The notes under the pieces: model-generated | Told to the model about the DNA's origin: nothing | Databases searched by the model: none | The model's input: the letters and a program-made list of their open reading frames with translations, nothing else | In this document: positions 59,123-64,000 of the stretch, in pieces | How positions within the stretch are numbered: the first letter of the stretch is position 1 | How the letters are laid out: each line of letters begins with the position of its first letter | Translations under genes and position numbers: made by a program | Source: an uncultured Roseivirga sp. | GTDB lineage: Bacteria; Bacteroidota; Bacteroidia; Cytophagales; Cyclobacteriaceae | DNA length: 64,000 bases | Assembly (NCBI GenBank): GCA_943846625.1 | Contig: OX044362.1 | Location: forward strand, 1,596,030 to 1,660,029 | Direction: 5' to 3'

Positions 59123-59143
59123 AATAATAGTAATGCTATTATT
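59123..59143. promoter_or_regulatory. Probable TetR operator
   Basis: AATAATAG-taatg-CTATTATT perfect 8-bp inverted repeat about 30 nt upstream of the tetR start. Confidence 0.55.
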
Positions 59144-59174
59144 TAGAATAGTTAATTATCACACTTCACTAGAC

Positions 59175-59852
59175 ATGGCGCTACTTAGGCTTGAAATGAA
59201 TGCTAAACTTTTTTTGCGTGATCCGCAGGAAACAGATTTAGGAAGAAAGATTATTGATCAATCCATTCGGATGATTGATGAGTTTGGGTTGGAGGCCTTC
59301 ACCTTTAAGAAACTGTCCATTGCTATAGATTCTACAGAAGCATCTATCTATCGCTACTTTGAAAATAAACATAAGTTGCTAGTCTATCTTATCGCTTGGT
59401 ATTGGAACTGGTTGGAGTATAGAATTGACTTCGAAACACATAACGTAAAATCCCCAGAAGATAGGCTAGCCATTGCATTGAGGTTAATTACCGAGCAAAA
59501 GTCTTATGACCTATCTTTCCCTTCGGTTGATGAGTCTGCTTTGCAAAGAATTATCACCAATGAATCAGATAAGACTTATCTTACAAAACAAGTGGATAGC
59601 GATAATCGAGAAGGTCTTTTTAGGGGTTTTAAAACTATCTGTAAGCGCATTGCTGATATGATCAAGGAAATCAATCCATCTTACCAATATGCGCATGCCT
59701 TGGTAAGCACTGCATTGCAATCTGCCCATCAGCAAGTGTTTTTTGCAGAGCACTTACCTTCTTTGACTGAGCATGATCCTGGGCGAGGGGATATCTATCA
59801 GCAGAATTACGTGTTTCTTTTAGAACTCATTCAAAAAGCTATTAGGGAATAA
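59175..59852 (+). CDS. TetR/AcrR family transcriptional regulator
   Basis: RDPQETDLGRKII, FTFKKLS...TEASIYRYFENKHKLL; the ORF-track start at 59019 crosses the terminator, so 59175 is preferred. Confidence 0.92.
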   Translation: MALLRLEMNAKLFLRDPQETDLGRKIIDQSIRMIDEFGLEAFTFKKLSIAIDSTEASIYRYFENKHKLLVYLIAWYWNWLEYRIDFETHNVKSPEDRLAIALRLITEQKSYDLSFPSVDESALQRIITNESDKTYLTKQVDSDNREGLFRGFKTICKRIADMIKEINPSYQYAHALVSTALQSAHQQVFFAEHLPSLTEHDPGRGDIYQQNYVFLLELIQKAIRE

Positions 59853-59863
59853 AGCTAAATCAT

Positions 59864-62035
59864 ATGACGAATCAGCACATTGCCAATTCCATTAAGGAGA
59901 TTTCGGTTTTATTGAGTGACAACCTTGAAGAGGCTTTATTACAAGACCTTCAAGTGAATGCAAAGTCTTATGCGATAGATGAGGCCTTTGAATTTAAGCG
60001 TGACTTGATCGAAACAGCTAACAAGATCAGAATAGTACTTTTGGATCAATCATTAGCTGGGGGAGATTTAGCAACCTTTATAAAAGATGTCAATATTCCT
60101 TTGATAGCGCTCAGGCAGTCGGCTGATGGTTTTGCCCCAGTCATTCTTACAAAAGAAAAGAGAGCTATAAAGGTTGTAGAAATAGGAGAAGTTTCTACGA
60201 AGGAACTTATTTACGAAGATGTTAAGGATCAATTCATACAAGATGCTCAAGGCGAAATAATGCTCCTTGGTGCATTTAGCTATCGTAGTTTGGTTTCTGA
60301 ACATGACGAAGGCGAAACACCGAAACCACTCTTACCTGTCAAACGCCTTATTCGCCTGTTGAGTGAAGAGAAAAGAGACATCTTCTACATTTTTGTATAC
60401 GCTGCATTTGTCGGTATTGTGTCACTAACCTTGCCTTTAGGTATTCAGGCCACAGTAGAGCTAGTTTCTGGTGGTGTAGTATTCAGTTCGATCTATCTAT
60501 TGATAGGACTTGTGCTCCTAGGAATACTTGCATCTGGGGGACTGCAAATTATGCAAATCACTCTGGTGGAATACTTGCAACGAAGAATCTTCACCAAAGC
60601 GGCATTGGAGTTCACTTTCAGGATTCCAAGGATGAAAATTGAATCACTCAATAATCTTCATGCTCCGGAATTAATCAATCGCTTTTTTGATGTATTAACG
60701 ATCCAAAAAGGGCTTCCGAAGTTATTGGGAGATCTGACATCTGGTGTTATCCAGATTATTTTCGGTTTGGTTTTATTGTCCTTCTATCACCCATTCTTTG
60801 TCTTTTTTGGACTTGCGTTGATACTTACGCTGGTATTGATATTTAGATTGACAGGTCCTAAAGGACTTCAGTCTTCCATTCAAGAGTCGAAATACAAATA
60901 CAAGGTAGTGTACTGGTTAGAGGAAATAGCCAGGGCCTTGAACTCATTTAAAATATCGGGTAACACGAATCTTCCAGTAAAAAAGACTGAGTATAATGTT
61001 AATAATTACTTGATTAACAGAAAGGTACACTTTAAGGTGCTTGTTAGTCAGTACATATATATCGTATTATTCAAAGCGGCAATTACAGGTGGCTTGCTGA
61101 TTATCGGTACGTCTTTGGTCATCAACCGTGAAATCACGTTGGGTCAATTTGTAGCTGCAGAAGTAATCATCATCTTGATTTTAAGTTCTGTTGAGAAAAT
61201 CATTACCTATATGGATGTGGTGTATGACATGCTAACAGCGGTTGATAAGATAAGCCAAGTAACAGACTTGCCGCTTGAAAAAGTTGGGGGTATCGACCTA
61301 AATAATGAAGAATTAAACAAAGGCTTTTCGATTCGATTGAAAAACCTGAGCTATACTTATCCAGAGGCCAAATCTCCTGCTATTCATAGTATCACTACTG
61401 GTTTTTCTTGTGGGGAGAAGATTTGTATTTCTGGTGGTAATGAGTCGGGAAAGACTACTTTGACTAATACTATTTCAGGGATAAACCTGAACTTTGATGG
61501 ATCGCTTACTATAAACGATTATAGTATGAGGGATTTAGACCTAACGAACTTGAGAGATAAGGTGGCTAAAAATGTTTCGTCCGAAGATATTTTCGAGGGA
61601 ACAATTCTAGATAACATTGTGGTAGGTAAACCACAAATTTCTACTCGAGATGCAGTTGAGGCAATTAATCTTGTGGGCCTTGCAGACAAGATCAATATGC
61701 TTCCTAATGGTTTGAGTACACAAATCATCAGTGGAGGTAAAGGCTTTTCGAGCAGCTTTGTTCATAAGCTAATACTAGCAAGATGTTTAGTCAAAAAACC
61801 AAGGCTTTTGATTTTGAATGACTTCTTTGCGTCCTTCCAAAGATCTGAAAAGGAAAATTTACTTAATGTCGTTACCAAAGCAGCAGAGTGTACTTTAATA
61901 GCCGTGTCAAACGACCCAATGGTGATGGCCGCTTGTGATCGCGTAATCGTAATGGAAGCAGGAACTATTATTGCAGAAGGTACTTTTACAGAGCTATTGT
62001 CTGAAGGATATTTAAATAAAATCATTAAAGTCTAA
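59864..62035 (+). CDS. Type I secretion ABC transporter (HlyB/peptidase-domain family) with degenerate NBD
   Basis: N-terminal C39-like region, 6-TM ABC membrane domain (LTLPLGIQA, RFFDVLTIQK, LGQFVAAE), Walker A GGNESGKTT. Confidence 0.9.
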   Translation: MTNQHIANSIKEISVLLSDNLEEALLQDLQVNAKSYAIDEAFEFKRDLIETANKIRIVLLDQSLAGGDLATFIKDVNIPLIALRQSADGFAPVILTKEKRAIKVVEIGEVSTKELIYEDVKDQFIQDAQGEIMLLGAFSYRSLVSEHDEGETPKPLLPVKRLIRLLSEEKRDIFYIFVYAAFVGIVSLTLPLGIQATVELVSGGVVFSSIYLLIGLVLLGILASGGLQIMQITLVEYLQRRIFTKAALEFTFRIPRMKIESLNNLHAPELINRFFDVLTIQKGLPKLLGDLTSGVIQIIFGLVLLSFYHPFFVFFGLALILTLVLIFRLTGPKGLQSSIQESKYKYKVVYWLEEIARALNSFKISGNTNLPVKKTEYNVNNYLINRKVHFKVLVSQYIYIVLFKAAITGGLLIIGTSLVINREITLGQFVAAEVIIILILSSVEKIITYMDVVYDMLTAVDKISQVTDLPLEKVGGIDLNNEELNKGFSIRLKNLSYTYPEAKSPAIHSITTGFSCGEKICISGGNESGKTTLTNTISGINLNFDGSLTINDYSMRDLDLTNLRDKVAKNVSSEDIFEGTILDNIVVGKPQISTRDAVEAINLVGLADKINMLPNGLSTQIISGGKGFSSSFVHKLILARCLVKKPRLLILNDFFASFQRSEKENLLNVVTKAAECTLIAVSNDPMVMAACDRVIVMEAGTIIAEGTFTELLSEGYLNKIIKV

Positions 62036-62038
62036 GCC

Positions 62039-63400
62039 ATGTTGAATCTATCAGAAAATCAAAATCAGAAGATACAGCATGAACAGAGCGTTTTGTTTAA
62101 AACACTAGGCTCGCCTAAATCGGGCCGCAAGCTGGCTAAGATCTTGTTGTCAGTGACCTTCATGTTCTTTATCCTCCTCTTTTTACCATGGCAACAGAAT
62201 ATTAGAGGCAATGGTAAATTAACTGCTTTCAGACCAAGTCAGAGACCTCAGTCTGTAGAAACAGCGATTGCAGGAAGAATAGCAAGCTGGAAAATCCGTG
62301 AAGGCCAGTTTGTAAACAAAGGAGATACCATATTGACACTTACGGAGGTCAAAGACAAGTTTTTTAACCCAGAGTTATTACAAAGGACAATGGAGCAGAT
62401 TGATGCTAAAAGCTCCAGCATAGAGTCAAAAAGTGATAAGGTAGCTTCTTTGGAAACTCAAATCGGAGCCTTAAAAGATTTACTGACCTTCAAAAGAGAA
62501 CAGGCTAAAAATAAGCTGAAGCAATCGAAATTTAAGTTAGATGGCGATAGCATTAACTTTGAGACTCAAAAGATTCAGTTTGCTAACCAAGAGAGTATCT
62601 ATCAAAGGAACCTGAAGAGAGGCGAGGCAGGTAATATTGCCTCAAACAAGCTGCTAGAAATAGAGTCTAAGTTTCAAGAGGCGACAACTAAGCTCGCTTC
62701 ATCAGAGAACAAATTTTATCAGGGTCAGCAAGAAGTAATCAATGCGAGGGTTGACATCAGTGTTACGGAGTCAGAGTTGTTAGACAAAATCAGTAAGGCA
62801 GAATCTGACAGGAACAACACCTTAGCTGAAATTGCAGATGGCCAAGGGGGATTAGCCAAATTGCAGAATGACTATGCCAATTTGAGCATTAGAAATGAAC
62901 AATATCAAATTGTTGCGCCTCAAGATGGTTATATCGTAAAAGCTATGAAGGCAGGTATCGGTGAGACGATCAAGGAAGGTGAGTCAGTGGCTACAATTAT
63001 GCCAGAGAACCCTGAATTAGCTGTTGAAATGTATGTGCAAGCGATGGATGTTCCATTAATCGGTCAGGATAGAAAAGTTCGTATCCAGTTCGATGGATGG
63101 CCAGCGCTACAATTTTCTGGATGGCCGAATGTTTCTGTAGGTACTTTTGGCGGTGTAGTAAGAGTTATTGATAGAGTCAATAGTACTGGCGGATTGTATA
63201 GAATACTTGTTACACCTGATCTTGAGGATGAACCTTGGCCTGAACAACTCCGAATGGGTTCTGGTACAAAGGGATGGGTAATGCTTGATAATGTTGCCGT
63301 ATGGTACGAAATCTGGCGTCAGTTGAACGGCTTCCCAGCTAGCCTTTATGAGGCACCGAAAGATGTAAAGGAGAAACCACAAGCATCTGATAAGAAATAG
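62039..63400 (+). CDS. HlyD family membrane fusion protein
   Basis: TM helix, IREGQFVNKGDTI lipoyl-like motif, coiled coil, IVAPQDG, VRIQFDGWP. Confidence 0.93.
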   Translation: MLNLSENQNQKIQHEQSVLFKTLGSPKSGRKLAKILLSVTFMFFILLFLPWQQNIRGNGKLTAFRPSQRPQSVETAIAGRIASWKIREGQFVNKGDTILTLTEVKDKFFNPELLQRTMEQIDAKSSSIESKSDKVASLETQIGALKDLLTFKREQAKNKLKQSKFKLDGDSINFETQKIQFANQESIYQRNLKRGEAGNIASNKLLEIESKFQEATTKLASSENKFYQGQQEVINARVDISVTESELLDKISKAESDRNNTLAEIADGQGGLAKLQNDYANLSIRNEQYQIVAPQDGYIVKAMKAGIGETIKEGESVATIMPENPELAVEMYVQAMDVPLIGQDRKVRIQFDGWPALQFSGWPNVSVGTFGGVVRVIDRVNSTGGLYRILVTPDLEDEPWPEQLRMGSGTKGWVMLDNVAVWYEIWRQLNGFPASLYEAPKDVKEKPQASDKK

Positions 63401-63404
63401 TGAT

Positions 63405-64000
63405 ATGAGGAAATTGTCAATTTTTCTATCGCTATTGATTAGTGCGCTATTCGTGCCATCCACAGGCCTTGCACAAGACTTAAAAGTCAAGTCTTTGGAG
63501 GAGATGATTGCCGACAATGCAGCAGATACTTCTAGGGTAATGACATTGGAGTCTTTCATTAGCATTGTTCTGATGAATCATCCCGTAGTTAAACAAGCGG
63601 ATTTACTGCCTGAGAATGCGAGGCAAGAAATAAGGTTGGCAAGAGGCGCTTTCGACCCGAAACTGGAATCGTCTTGGGACGTGAAGAATTTTAAGGATAC
63701 AGAGTATTACGATATTTTCAATACCACATTGAAGGTACCTACTTGGTTTCCTGTAGATCCTAAAATTAGTGTAGATCGTAATCGAGGAGTTTTTCTTAAT
63801 CCTGAAAATGCTATTCCAGCGGGTGATAATTTTGGACAAGTGACGGCTGGTTTGAGTCTTCCCGTGGGAAGAGGTCTTTTTATCGATCAGAGAAGGGCAT
63901 CAGTTCAACAGGCTGAAATATTTGGTCAAATTACTGATGCTGAAAGGATTAAGATGATCAATAAAATCTTGCTCTCAGCTTCAAAGGATTATTGGGAATG
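63405..64000 (+). CDS. TolC family outer membrane protein (5' part; runs off the window and is absent from the ORF track)
   Basis: Manual translation MRKLSIFLSLLISALF...VLMNHPVVKQADL...ARGAFDPKLES; follows the HlyD gene. Confidence 0.85.
   Translation, partial: MRKLSIFLSLLISALFVPSTGLAQDLKVKSLEEMIADNAADTSRVMTLESFISIVLMNHPVVKQADLLPENARQEIRLARGAFDPKLESSWDVKNFKDTEYYDIFNTTLKVPTWFPVDPKISVDRNRGVFLNPENAIPAGDNFGQVTAGLSLPVGRGLFIDQRRASVQQAEIFGQITDAERIKMINKILLSASKDYWE

Noticed and set aside
59019-59174. N-terminal extension of TetR in the ORF track
   Set aside because: It spans an intrinsic terminator and the operator; the start at 59175 matches family length.
683-63839. Numerous 60-150-aa ORFs nested antisense or out of frame within recognised genes (e.g. 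683-892, 4853-5194, 40020-40316, 63107-63565)
   Set aside because: Shadow ORFs of well-supported genes, with no independent motifs or expression signals.

Overview
A 64 kb chromosomal window from a Bacteroidota bacterium; gene content and TAnnTTTG/TAnnTTAG promoters suggest a marine Cytophagales, Roseivirga-like (inference). It is mostly housekeeping: mdh (partial), acpP-fabF-rnc-nadE, lgt, pyk, miaA, ffh, pdhB, hisS, glnS, mltB. It also holds envelope and T9SS-related genes, a glycosylation cluster with two methyltransferases and YfhO, and a TetR-ABC-HlyD-TolC type I secretion operon at the right end. I recognised no tRNA, rRNA, CRISPR array or intact mobile element. The standout is the ~1 kb gap between glnS and tetR (58.1-59.17 kb). 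It contains a 12-bp-phased array of DnaA boxes, then a well-spaced Bacteroidota promoter, then a ~710-nt stretch with no convincing protein-coding ORF. That stretch has about 10 UUCG/GNRA-capped hairpins and four correctly nested long-range 5'-3' helices and ends in an intrinsic terminator. It is a candidate large structured ncRNA that I cannot assign to a known class. Other hidden items: a lemA-like gene split by one in-frame TAG, a decayed hsdS remnant, a candidate ~170-nt sRNA, an NRK1-like kinase, an ABC transporter with degenerate catalytic motifs, heptamer repeat tracts, and probable ArsR and TetR operators. All calls were made by eye; no database searches were run.
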